Shown one piece after another: positions 15,001-24,671 of a DNA stretch of 64,000 nucleotides (positions are counted from its first letter, which is position 1; each line of letters opens with the position of its first letter). Origin of the DNA: Dehalococcoidia bacterium (GTDB lineage Bacteria > Chloroflexota > Dehalococcoidia > UBA6926). The DNA lies in NCBI GenBank assembly GCA_963666115.2, contig CAXXET010000008.1, positions 1-64,000 on the forward strand, given 5' to 3'. A model generated the notes under the pieces. That model was not told the DNA's origin. It did no database searches and saw nothing but the letters and a program-made list of their open reading frames with translations. Both the position numbers and the translations under genes were made by a program.

Positions 15001-18000
15001 CGATAGCGTGACCGTCTTGTCCGCGGCGTCCGTCTTGTTGTTCACCGCCGTCAGCGTCGACGTCCCCGAAGTCGATCCCGCCGCAATGGTGATCGTCGTG
15101 GAAGAGAGCGTGTGCGTCGCGTTGGCCCCCGTCGCGGGCGTGGGCAGCGTGAACGTGATGCCCTCCGTCCACGCCCCTGACAGCGTCACCGTCAGCGTGG
15201 ACGACGTGGCGCGGGTGGAATCGCCCACGTTCGATTCCCAGATGGTCGTCGGCGACGCGCTCCACGTGACCGTGGGCGGCTGCTGCGCCGCCGGAATCGA
15301 GGCGGTTCCGAACTTCAGCGACGGATACTGCGACGCCGTGCCGAAGTCCCACGGATCGTCGTTGCCCCCCACGCCGTCCACGTTGACGTTCCAGTCCTTG
15401 TAGATATCGTTGGCGCCCGTGCCGTAGTCCGTGGGAGTTTGAAGCTGGCTCGTCGTCTTGCCTGTGCCTTGCCCCGTCGACGAGATGCCGGAGGTGCTCG
15501 TGTCCCAATAGGACGCGGTGGTTGTCCCGCTGCCCCGGCTGCCCACGAGTCCGCCCTTGGTTGAGGCGGCGGCCACGCCGATGGAGTAGCTGTACTTGAT
15601 ATTCGCTTCCTGCCGCCCCACGAGGCCGCCCGCAGTGGGAGAGCCGCCGCCCGCCGAGGATCTGCCCGTGGCGTACGAGGCTTCGACGAGTCCGCCGGAG
15701 CCGTGCAGCCGTCCCACGAGACCGCCGGCGTACACGTTCGCCCCGGAGACGGTGGTGCCCCCGCCGACCGAGCCCGTGGCGTAGGACGCCTTGACCGTGC
15801 CGCCGTTGACCGCGCCGACCAGCCCGCCGATGTTGACGGGCGTGTAGGGGCCGCCGGAGCCGACCGCAGCGGTGGAACTGTTCCCCAACATGCTCCCACC
15901 GCTGGTCAGTTCGCCCACCAAGGCGCCAAGAGCCAGGGAGCCGCTGGCGTTCCCGAGGATGCTATAGAGGCTATTATCCCCATCGCCGCGCACGGAGCCG
16001 GTGACGCGCGAGTAATTGACCGTGCCTGCCGATTCGCCGACGACCGCGCCCACCCTGGCGCTGGCGGCCCCGGACGAAGAATCATGGTCGATATCCACGT
16101 TCTTCAGCGTCAGGTTGCGGATGGTCCCCGCGCTGCCCAGCTTGCCGAACAGCCCGATGTAATAGTTGCCGCCGTTGCCCCCGACGCCCCGGTCGCCGGT
16201 CGTGCCGAGAACGTCGATCCGGAGGTTGGAGATGGCGTAGGGGCCGCCGTCGGCCGCGTCCGTGTCATTGTTGCCGTCGAACGTGCCGGTGAATGCGGTC
16301 GCGGTTACGTGCAGGCCGCGATTGCTGGTGGAATGGTCGTCCATGTAGCCGATGACCCACCAGCCCTCGCGGTACGTGCCGGTCCCCGTCGTCCACTTCG
16401 TCTTGTTGGCCGTGTTCTGGTAGCTGGAGTCCTGGTTGAAGTCCAGGTTCGCCCGCAGCTCATACCCCGTGCAGACCTTGGCGGCGTCGGTAGACTCGTC
16501 CTCGTTGCAGCCCAGCGTGCCCGCGCCCGTGTACCGCACCGCGTTCGTGAACGCCGTCCGGTACTTGGCCTGGTTTGTCCCCGTCACCCGGCCGTTCGCG
16601 TCCAGGTCATAGTGAATCGCCCGCAGCTGCTCCAGCTTCGTGATCTCGATCAGCCCGTCGTCGTCCGAGTCATAGTCGATCGTCGTCGTCGGCGTCGCGC
16701 TGACCTCCGCGGAGACCGGGCCGTGCGGCTCGCCCCACGCGATGGCGAAGACGCGGTACGTGTGCGCGCCCGTCAGTCCCGTGTGCGTGTATGCCTCCTT
16801 GCTCAACGTCCGCTGCCGCGACGCGTTGAAGAACGCGTCCGTGGACGTCTTCCACTGGAGAACATAGCCCTCCGCCCCCGTCACCGCCGTCCAGGCGACC
16901 TTGAGGGCGCTGGCGGCGCCGGTGGAGGCCGTCAGCCCCGTCGCCTGCCCCAGCCGCGTCGCGCGCTGGTCGGCCTTGTCCAGGATGCCAACGTGCAGAA
17001 CGGGGTACTGGCTTGCCGTGCCGAAGTCCCACGGGTTGTCGTCGCCCGTTGTCCCGTCCACGTTGTCGTCCCAGGTGCTGTAGATGCCCGTCTTGGACGT
17101 GGGCGTCTGGAGCGCGCTGGTGGTCTGCTGAGTTCCGCCGTGCCCCGAGCCGGTGGTGGTGATCCCGCTCGTGGTGGAATCCCAGTAGGAGGCGCTCACC
17201 GTGACGCCGCTGGTCTTGACGCAGGCCATGCCGCAGACGTTCACGTTTGAGTTGCCGGTGGGGGCGCCGGTGGAGTAGGAGCGTGACACGGAGCCGTTGT
17301 TGTCGACGTAACCGGCGAGTCCCCCGGCCCTGCTGTTCCCCTGGGTCCCTGAAACGATAGTCACGGACACGTCGCCCGTGGCGTAGGAAGAGATCACTCG
17401 TCCCTCTCCCAGGTAGGACACGAGGCCGCCCGCGTCCATCGTGCCGCTGGCAATCGTCGCCTCGGAGGATACGTCGCCCGTGGCGTAGGAACCCTCGATG
17501 TTGATGTCGTAGGAGCTCGTGCCGGAGGCATAGCCGACGAGGCCGCCGGCGTTGGCATTGGCGCCGGAAACGCGTGAGATGGCCGTGACGTCCACCACGG
17601 CGCCGCTCAGCCGCACCGTTCCGGCCCCGGTGGTGGAGGGGGCCAGGCGCCCCACCAGCCCGCCGGCGGTGGCATTCCGTGAGACGGAGCCGCCCGTGCG
17701 CTGCGCGCCCGCCTGCCCCTGCGCGTAGGAATTGGACGTCACACCGCCGTCCTGTTCTCCGATGAGCGCGCCCGCGATGGCGGCGTTGGCGTTGTTGGTC
17801 GAGGTGGTGCGCGCGTGGACGGAGACGCCGTACAGGGAGACGTTGTGAATGGTCGCGTTCTCCGTCACGCCGAAAAGCCCCGCCCGCGCCTTGATCGTGC
17901 TCGTCTCCACCGTGTCGATGAACAGGTTGTAGAGTCCCCAGGGACCCCCCGTCGCCCGTCGCGTCCACGTCGTTGTTGCCGTCGAACGTGGCGCTGAACG

Positions 18001-20210
18001 CGCCGTTGGTCCGGCTGTCCCCGATGGGCGTGAAAGCCCCGCCCGCTGTTCCAATAGCTGTCGGATGAGTCGGCGTAGCCGTTCCCGTTCGTGTCGAAAT
18101 CCAGGTCCGCCAGCAACTCATAGCCGTCGCACGTGGCGGCGCACCCCAGCGCGGTGGTTCCGGTATAGGTGGTGTTCGGGAAGGCCGCGCGGAAGCTGCT
18201 CTGGTTGCTCCCCGTCACCAGCCCGTCCCCGTTGAGGTCGTAGCGGATCGCGTTCAACTGCGCGAGGGTCAGCACGTCGATCAGGTCGTCGCCGTCAGCG
18301 TCGTAGTCGATGCCCGTCGAAACCGGCGTCGCCGTCACCTCCGTTGAGGTTGCCCCGTTGTCCACGCCGCTCTTCGTCGCGTAGACCCGGAACGTGTACG
18401 CCGTGGAGTTGGTGAGCCCCGTGGCGTTCGTCTGCCTCGTTGTGGCGGACGAAATGACCGTGCGCCGCGTCGTGGTGCTGTATGAATCGCTGCCGGACTT
18501 CCACTGGACCACGTAGCCCGTCGCCCCCGCCACTGGCTGCCACGTCACGAACGCCGACGCGTTGCGCGGATAGACGGCGACCCCGGCCACCTGCGCCAGT
18601 TCGTCGTCGTCCCTGATCCCGAGCGTCGGGTTCGCCGCCGAGACGCTCACCGAGCGGTCGTCCGCCGTCGAGCCTGATAGGTCGATGTTCGCGTCCGATG
18701 CGTCCGTCGTGTTGTTCACCGCCGTCAGCGTCAATGTCCCGCTCGTAAGGCCGTGGGGAATGACGATTTGGCGGTTGGAGGGAGTGGTCGTGTAGGCGGT
18801 GTTGGTGGGCAGCGTGACCGTGACCGACGACGTGCGAACCGCGTTCAGCGTCGCCGTGATGGTGGACGTGGTCGGCCCGCCGACGTTTTCATAGATGACG
18901 ACGGGATTGGCGGTGATGGTGACGGTTGAGCGCTGATCGCTCGTCGGCAGGGACTTGTAATCCACGACCGGGTACTGGCTGGACGTGCCGAAGTCCCAGG
19001 GATCGTCGTTGCCCGGCACCCCGTCCAGGTTCAGGTTCCAGTTCGCGTAGATGCCGCTGTACCCGGTTGGCGATTGCAGCTCGGACGTGGTCTTGGCCGT
19101 GCCGCGCCCCGTGCTGATGCTTCCCATCACCGAGCTGTCGTAGTAGACGTTCGTGACCGTGCCGCCGGAGTCGTTGCCGATGACCCCGCCCGTTTGGCGG
19201 GTGCCCCCGCTGCTGCCGCCGGAGCCGGAGACTTCGCCTGCCGCATAGACGGCCTCCACCGTTCCTGCGCTGAGCACGCCCACCACGCCCGCCGCTGTAC
19301 CGGTTGCTGTTCTGGGGATAGACCTTCGTTTCCACCTTGCCCAGTGAGTAGGATGCCTTGACGGACGAACTGCCGCCCATGGCGCCCGCGATGCCGCCCG
19401 CGCGCGCCTCTTCGTACACGTCAGCCTTCACGTGGCCCGTGAAATACGAGGCGATGACGGAGCCGGAGGTGTATCCCGTGATGCCGCCTGCGTCGCCTTT
19501 CCACGCGGGAGCGGACCCGGTCGATTTGCCCACCGCCTCCACGTAGGCGCTGGAAAAGCCGCGATCGATTGAGCCGTGGCTAACACCGGCGATGCCCCCG
19601 GCCCTGACATAGTAGCTGCTGCGGTTGCCGGAATGGACTCCGCCCAAATATGCCCGGACCCGCCCCGTTACCGAGACGCCCGTTACCGTCCCCCCGCTCT
19701 TCAGCAATCCCGCTACGCCGCCGGCCGTTGCCGGATTCGAGTCGTTTCCCGTCCGTGACGAGCTTCCGTATACGTCCACGTTGTCCAGCGTGAAGTCTTC
19801 GATGCTGGCGCCGCTCTCCAGGCTGGAGAACAGGCCGACGTAGAGATCACTGGCCGCAGTGTGGACGCTGTTGATGTACAGGTTGCTGATCACGTACCCG
19901 TTGCCCTTCAGCGTCGTGCTGAAGCCCCCGATGGGCGTCCAGCCGCTGCCCGTGTTGTACGTGTCGTCCCGCGTGCCGTCCCCGTCCTCGTCGAAGTCCA
20001 GGTGCTGGTTCAACTCGTACCCCTGGCACGTGTTCGGGCACCCCAGCGCCGTCACGCCCGTATACGTCGTGTGCGGGAACGCCGCCCGGAAGTTGCTCTG
20101 GTTGCTCCCGGTCACCAGCCCGTCGCCGTTCGCATCCCACCGCATGGCGTTCAATTGCGTCAGCGAGCTTATCTCGATGAGCCGGTCATTGTCCGAGTCA
20201 TAGTCGTTAT
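1..20210 (-). repeat. Eleven ~1.6-2.0 kb intragenic modules of the giant protein
   Basis: DYDxDxDGLIE(I/V)-type heads at ~20200, 18305, 16670, 14635, 12905, 10912, 8857, 6880, 4825, 2857, 823; (D/N/Q)(P/G)WDFGTxxQYP ends at ~18990, 17025, 15345, 13275, 11630, 9580, 7575, 5560, 3580, 1565. Confidence 0.9.
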
Positions 20211-21390
20211 GGGACGCGCCAACCGCGAGGCCGGCGATCTCCCAGGCGTAGTCCGGATCGCCCGCCGGCGCGGACGCCCCCGCCCCGCTCGCGTTCACCG
20301 CCCGCAGCCGGAAGCGGTACTCGTTGCCGTTCGTCAGATCGATCGCCCCAAACGACGCCGTCCCCGCGCCGCTGTCGGCAATGGCAGTCCACGCGCTCCA
20401 CTCGCCGCCCGCCGTCACGTCGCGCTGCTGGTACTCATACCCCGTGATATCCGCGTCCGCCGCGGCGTCCCATACCAGCGTGATTGCTTTGTCGCCGCCA
20501 AAGAGACGGAAGCCCGTGGGGCGCGGCCGGCACGCCGCCGGATTGCTGCTCGGCCGTTTCCGGCTCCGGCGTGGCCGTCTCCGTGGGCGCGGGCGTCGGC
20601 TCCGTGGTAGGCTCCGGCGTCACCGGCGGCGGAGGCTGCGGCGTCGGCGCAGGCGAGGGAACCGGGGGCTTGCGGCGTGGCGGATACGAACCACGGCTCG
20701 GCGTTCGGCGCCGCGCCGCTTGCGCCCGCCGCGTTTACCGCGCGAACCTTGAAACGGAACTCGGTTCCGTTCGTCAACCCCGTGAACGTGTGAGACGTGG
20801 TTGTAGCGCCGCTGCCCGGAATCGTCGTCCAGGCCCCCCAGCCCGACGCGGGCGGAGCCTCCCGGGACTGGTACTCGTAGTGGGCGATGGTGGAGTTCGA
20901 CGGGTCGTCCCACGTCAGCGTCACGCTCCCGTCCCCCGCCGTCGCGGTCAATCCCGTTGGCGTGTCGGGCGCGGATGGCGCATACGGGTCGATGGGCGCG
21001 GAGTTCAGCCAGCCGCTGCCGCCCCAGGGATTCTTCGCGCGCACGCCCACGATATAGGGTCGCGCTGTTCGTGACGGGGCTGATCGTGATGCTCTCGTCG
21101 CTGCCCCCGCCGGCGGGATGGTCGGCGGCGGCGAGGCCCCAGCTTGTGCCGCTGTCGGAGCTGTACGTGACGTGGTAGCTCGTCGCCCGGAAACCGCAGG
21201 CCACGTCGCGGTGAGCGTGCCGTCCGCCCGCGTCAGTGAAACCGATGCCGGGTCGCCCGGCGGCTGCTGCCCCTGCGCGTCGAACGGAAAAAGGACAAGC
21301 GCCGCCCAAGAGGAACGCCACCAACGCGGCGAACCTCCAGCCCCGCCCGGATTTCGACCGCGCATGCCGGATGGCCAAACCAATCCCCAC
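1..21390 (-). CDS. Giant secreted/surface repeat protein (FN3, Calx-beta/Ig-like and GLUG-type modules), >7,000 aa, 3'-truncated by the window edge and split by several frameshifts
   Basis: ORF pieces 20620-21408, 20415-21524, 20435-20623, 18889-20418, 17865-19286, 6172-18054 and 5886-6386, plus a frame that appears open from ~6250 to the edge (module heads at 4823, 2855 and 821 are in frame), join into one repeat protein. Signal-peptide-like start when two frames are joined (RHARSKSGRGWRFAALVAFLL/AALVLFPFDAQG-QQ); RBS AAGGAG at 21393-21398. Confidence 0.85.
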
Positions 21391-21410
21391 ATCTCCTTCT
21401 TCCCGCAAAG

Positions 21411-21416
21411 ATTATA
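21411..21416 (-). promoter_or_regulatory. Candidate -10 box (TATAAT) for the giant gene
   Basis: Perfect TATAAT on the minus strand 12 nt upstream of the AAGGAG RBS; no clear -35. Confidence 0.45.
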
Positions 21417-21599
21417 TGACATTGGGCAACACATCCGCATTGAAGGAGGCTGTATTGTGATTACCGTCACGTGACACAGGCGGGCGGGCGCCGCCCGAAA
21501 ACCCAACCAGAAAACACGGCGCAAAACGGCCGCTCAAAAGGAAAACCCGGCGGGGAATCCTGGAGGAGTCTCGTGGCGGGACATCCCGGCGGGGAATCA

Positions 21600-21676
21600 T
21601 GGTGGGGCATCCTGGACTCGAACCAGGGACCTCAGTCTTATCAGGACTGCGCTCTAACCACCTGAGCTAATGCCCC
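21600..21676 (-). tRNA. tRNA-Ile (GAT)
   Basis: GGGGCATTAGCTCAGGTGGTTAGAGCG-CAGTC CT GAT AA GACTG-...GGTTCGAGTCC...GCCCCACCA; full cloverleaf with encoded CCA. Confidence 0.97.
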
Positions 21677-21751
21677 AGACAAACCGCGCCCAAAACACAG
21701 GCGCAACTCTCATTGTATCCGGGGATGGGCTGGACGTCACGGTGCGCCCCC

Positions 21752-22189
21752 TCACCCCAAATGCACAATCTCCACCCCGCCCCACCGCCCCTGCAGATAC
21801 TCCGCCACCAGCCGCCGGTGACACCGCTCAGCCGTCTCCTCGCTGCACAGGAGGCAGACATCATCCATGACGTCCCTGATGGGTAGGTCTTCAATGCGCC
21901 GTTCCGCCATCAGCGCGAGGAATCTCTCCTCGTAATCCTCCCACGACATCTGCCCGTCGCGGTACGACTTGAGCAGTTCCTGCGTCGGCGCGAGATCGGG
22001 CGCGTGCTCGTACTCCATGCCGCAGACGTGTTTCAGGAAATAGGCGAGGTCGTCCCGCTTGCTGAACCCGGCGAGCTGGGACACGTTGTTCAGGCGGACG
22101 TCGATCACACGCTGTGCGCCGGAGCCGCGCAGCAACTCGAAGAACGTCTCCGCCGACTTCTTTGTGAAACCGATGGTGTAGACGCGCAC
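21752..22189 (-). CDS. DUF488 family protein (short type)
   Basis: YTIGF...IDVRL...LAPT...CLLCSE...CHR motifs. Confidence 0.85.
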   Translation of the reverse strand: MRVYTIGFTKKSAETFFELLRGSGAQRVIDVRLNNVSQLAGFSKRDDLAYFLKHVCGMEYEHAPDLAPTQELLKSYRDGQMSWEDYEERFLALMAERRIEDLPIRDVMDDVCLLCSEETAERCHRRLVAEYLQGRWGGVEIVHLG

Positions 22190-22197
22190 GACCCGTC

Positions 22198-22827
22198 TCA
22201 GTGCGCCTGCGCGTACGCGCTGCGGCCCTCTGCAACGTACGCGACACGGCCGGCCTGCTCGCGCACGGCGTCCGCGATGACGTCCTCATGGGTGCGGAAC
22301 AAATCGGGCTGCGGCGGCAGCCCAAGCGATTCAAGCAGCCGATCCATCAACTCCTCGTGGCTCTCGATGCCGCCGTCCCACAGGATGTGGCGCACGTCCA
22401 CGCCCTGCTCCGCAAGCGCCCGCGCGACCAGCAGGGCGCGGTGGCACTCAAGCGGGTCCCGCTCCATGCACAGCAGGACGATGCGGCGCTCATCCGCCTG
22501 GCGAATGAGGCTGGCGATTGCGTCGGCAAAGTCGTCGGCCATCGCGGCGCGCTCATAGGAAACGCGCCCCTCGGCATCGTAGGCGGAGCGGTCATTTGGC
22601 CGCCCGCCAAGCTCCTTGCCCATGTAGGCGTAGTCGATTCCCTCCCGTTCAAGCGCGGGCTCAAGGCTGTCCGGGTTGAAGTGCGGAACCCAGCGGCTGT
22701 GGGGGGAGGAGCGGGCGTCCACGACCATGTTCACGCCGTTGTCCGCAAGCAGGGCGAGAAACGCCTCGATGGAGTGATCGGAATGACCGATCGTATAAAC
22801 CGGATGCTCTGTCGTCGTCATCATCAT
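22198..22827 (-). CDS. DUF488 family protein (long type)
   Basis: YTIGHS, VDARSSP, ELGGRP, LLCMERDPLECHR motifs. Confidence 0.88.
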   Translation of the reverse strand: MMMTTTEHPVYTIGHSDHSIEAFLALLADNGVNMVVDARSSPHSRWVPHFNPDSLEPALEREGIDYAYMGKELGGRPNDRSAYDAEGRVSYERAAMADDFADAIASLIRQADERRIVLLCMERDPLECHRALLVARALAEQGVDVRHILWDGGIESHEELMDRLLESLGLPPQPDLFRTHEDVIADAVREQAGRVAYVAEGRSAYAQAH

Positions 22828-22843
22828 GTCGCGTTCCTCTCCC

Positions 22844-23563
22844 CTACGCCTCGATTATGGCGGCAATGAGCTTGTAATGGTACTCAGGCTCGCCCTCGGC
22901 CCGGCTAAACGGTTCGCCGACCGTCACCGTCACATAGGCCTTGCCCAGCGTGTACGCCCCCGCGCCAAGCGCGGCATAGCGCTCCTCATACTCGATATCC
23001 GTGATGCGGAGGATGTACGGGTAGCCCTCGTATTCGAATGCGCCGCGCAGTTGGAAGTTCGTTTGACCGTCATCCTTCTTATGCTCGGACACCCTGATTT
23101 CAAGGGACGGCACACCGATGAACCGCGCCGAATCGGCCAGTGTGCGGTTGGGCTCATGGGGAAAGCGGTCATTCTTGCCGCGCGCGGAATCGGAACCGTT
23201 CTCCCACAGCGGCGCGGGCGGGTCAACCCAGCGGTCGATGTTCGCCTTGTCCGCCCGGCGGTCCCTGCGCCATCGGCCGGGCGCGATCAGCCAGTCCTCC
23301 GGTTGATACGGCAACGGCTTGGGATCGGCCACCGGCACCTCGATCACGTCCAGGAGCGCCGGCATCGAACCGTCCTCGTATTCCATCTCGTCCGGCCAGA
23401 CCTCTCCCCCGTCCGTGGCGCCGACCGGACGCACCCACGCCAGGGTGCGGTCCGGCTGCATCTCCTTGCCGACGATGCACCTGCCGCCGTACTTGCGGGA
23501 GTTGGCGAGGCAGAGGATTTTCTTCGTGGCAACAGCGGGGCCGACAGTAGCAATAGATAACAT
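22844..23563 (-). CDS. Dual OB-fold domain-containing protein
   Basis: N-terminal ILCLANSRKYGGRCIVG...WVRPV, YQPEDW and C-terminal LRITD...HYKLIAAI match my recollection of the dual-OB family; strong RBS AAAGGAG. Confidence 0.7.
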   Translation of the reverse strand: MLSIATVGPAVATKKILCLANSRKYGGRCIVGKEMQPDRTLAWVRPVGATDGGEVWPDEMEYEDGSMPALLDVIEVPVADPKPLPYQPEDWLIAPGRWRRDRRADKANIDRWVDPPAPLWENGSDSARGKNDRFPHEPNRTLADSARFIGVPSLEIRVSEHKKDDGQTNFQLRGAFEYEGYPYILRITDIEYEERYAALGAGAYTLGKAYVTVTVGEPFSRAEGEPEYHYKLIAAIIEA

Positions 23564-23594
23564 GTTCTGCTCCTTTCAGAACAAGTGTATCACA

Positions 23595-24398
23595 CTATTG
23601 CTCCCGCTGTTTCGCCTCCTCCCACAGCCCGTCCATTTGCTCCAGGGACAGGGCGGAGAACTCATCACCGCGTTCGCGGGCGGTGTGTTCCATGTGGCGG
23701 AACCGCGACACAAACCGCCGGTTTGCCTGTCGCAGCGCCGTCTCTGCGTCGATGTCCATCCACCGCGCAAGGTTCACGAGGCTGAACAGCAGATCGCCGA
23801 ACTCCCATTCCAGGGCGGCGCGCGCCTCGTCCGTCTCCCCGCCTTTGGCCGACTCATTCGCCTCGGCGAGTTCCCCGGCCTCCTCCGCGACCTTCGCAAG
23901 GACACCGTCCGCGCTCGGCCAATCGAATCCGACGTTCGCCGCCCGCCCCTGCGCCCGCTGCGCGTAGGTCAGCGCGGGCAGGCTGGCGGGCACGCCCTCC
24001 ATCAGCGACGCCCCCTGCCGCTCCTCGCTCTTGAGAACCTCCCACCGCGCGAGAACCTCCGCCGCCGTGTGCGCCTCCGCATCGCCGAAGACGTGCGGGT
24101 GGCGCCGGATGAGCTTGTTGACCAACCCCTCGATCACGTCGGCAACCGTGAAGTGGCCCTCCTCCGAGGCGATCTCGCTGTGAAGCATGACCTGCAACAG
24201 GACGTCGCCCAGTTCCTCCCGCAGCCCGGGCATGGAGTTCGCGTCGATCTGCTCCACCGCCTCATACGTCTCCTCGATCAGGAACGGCGTCAGGGACTGG
24301 TGCGTCTGCTCGCGGTCCCACGGGCAGCCCCCCGGCGCGCGCAGCCGGGCCACAATATCAACCAACGTCTGGAACTCGCGATGATCCTGCTCCACCAT
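23595..24398 (-). CDS. mazG: Nucleoside triphosphate pyrophosphohydrolase MazG
   Basis: LRAPGGCPWDREQT, EETYE, EELGDVLLQ, KLIRRHPHVF, second EFGDLLF domain; start trimmed to ATG 24398. Confidence 0.95.
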   Translation of the reverse strand: MVEQDHREFQTLVDIVARLRAPGGCPWDREQTHQSLTPFLIEETYEAVEQIDANSMPGLREELGDVLLQVMLHSEIASEEGHFTVADVIEGLVNKLIRRHPHVFGDAEAHTAAEVLARWEVLKSEERQGASLMEGVPASLPALTYAQRAQGRAANVGFDWPSADGVLAKVAEEAGELAEANESAKGGETDEARAALEWEFGDLLFSLVNLARWMDIDAETALRQANRRFVSRFRHMEHTARERGDEFSALSLEQMDGLWEEAKQREQ

Positions 24399-24520
24399 AT
24401 GCCACCCCCTTGCTGCACCGTTCAGCATAGCGCGCCGCGCCGTCGCCATGCCCTTCCTTGCCGCCCAATACCCCCATTGCTAGACTGGAATACAGGCCAA
24501 GCGCGAAAGCGCAGCCGCGT

Positions 24521-24599
24521 GGTGGGTGTGGCCTAGCAGGTTTAAGGCACCAGGTTGTGGCCCTGGAGATCGTGGGTTCGAATCCCATCACCCACCCCA
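24521..24599 (+). tRNA. tRNA-His (GTG)
   Basis: G-1 plus GTGGGTG/CACCCAC acceptor stem, CCAGG TT GTG GC CCTGG anticodon arm, GGTTCGAATCC, C discriminator + CCA. Confidence 0.96.
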
Positions 24600-24641
24600 A
24601 ACACATCATCCCCACCTCTTCTCGCCATTCCCGCCCTGTTT

Positions 24642-24667
24642 CGTCATTCCCGCGAAAGCGGGAATCT
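24642..24667. repeat. ATTCCC-N8-GGGAAT palindromic repeat (REP/dRS3-like), copy 1
   Basis: CGTCATTCCCGCGAAAGCGGGAATCT between convergent tRNA-His and MFS; 25/26 identical to 49227-49252. Confidence 0.75.
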
Positions 24668-24671
24668 CGCC

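Noticed and set aside
780-20210. Regularly recurring near-identical 30-50 nt motifs that might suggest a CRISPR array
   Set aside because: Spacing is ~2 kb and the motifs are in-frame coding sequence (DYDADNDGLIE, WDFGT); no cas genes.
150-21100. Many long plus-strand and alternate-frame ORFs over the giant gene (e.g. 4193-5959, 13045-14850, 15703-17250)
   Set aside because: Arg/Val/Ala-rich shadow frames produced by high-GC codon bias; they repeat in step with the real minus-strand modules.
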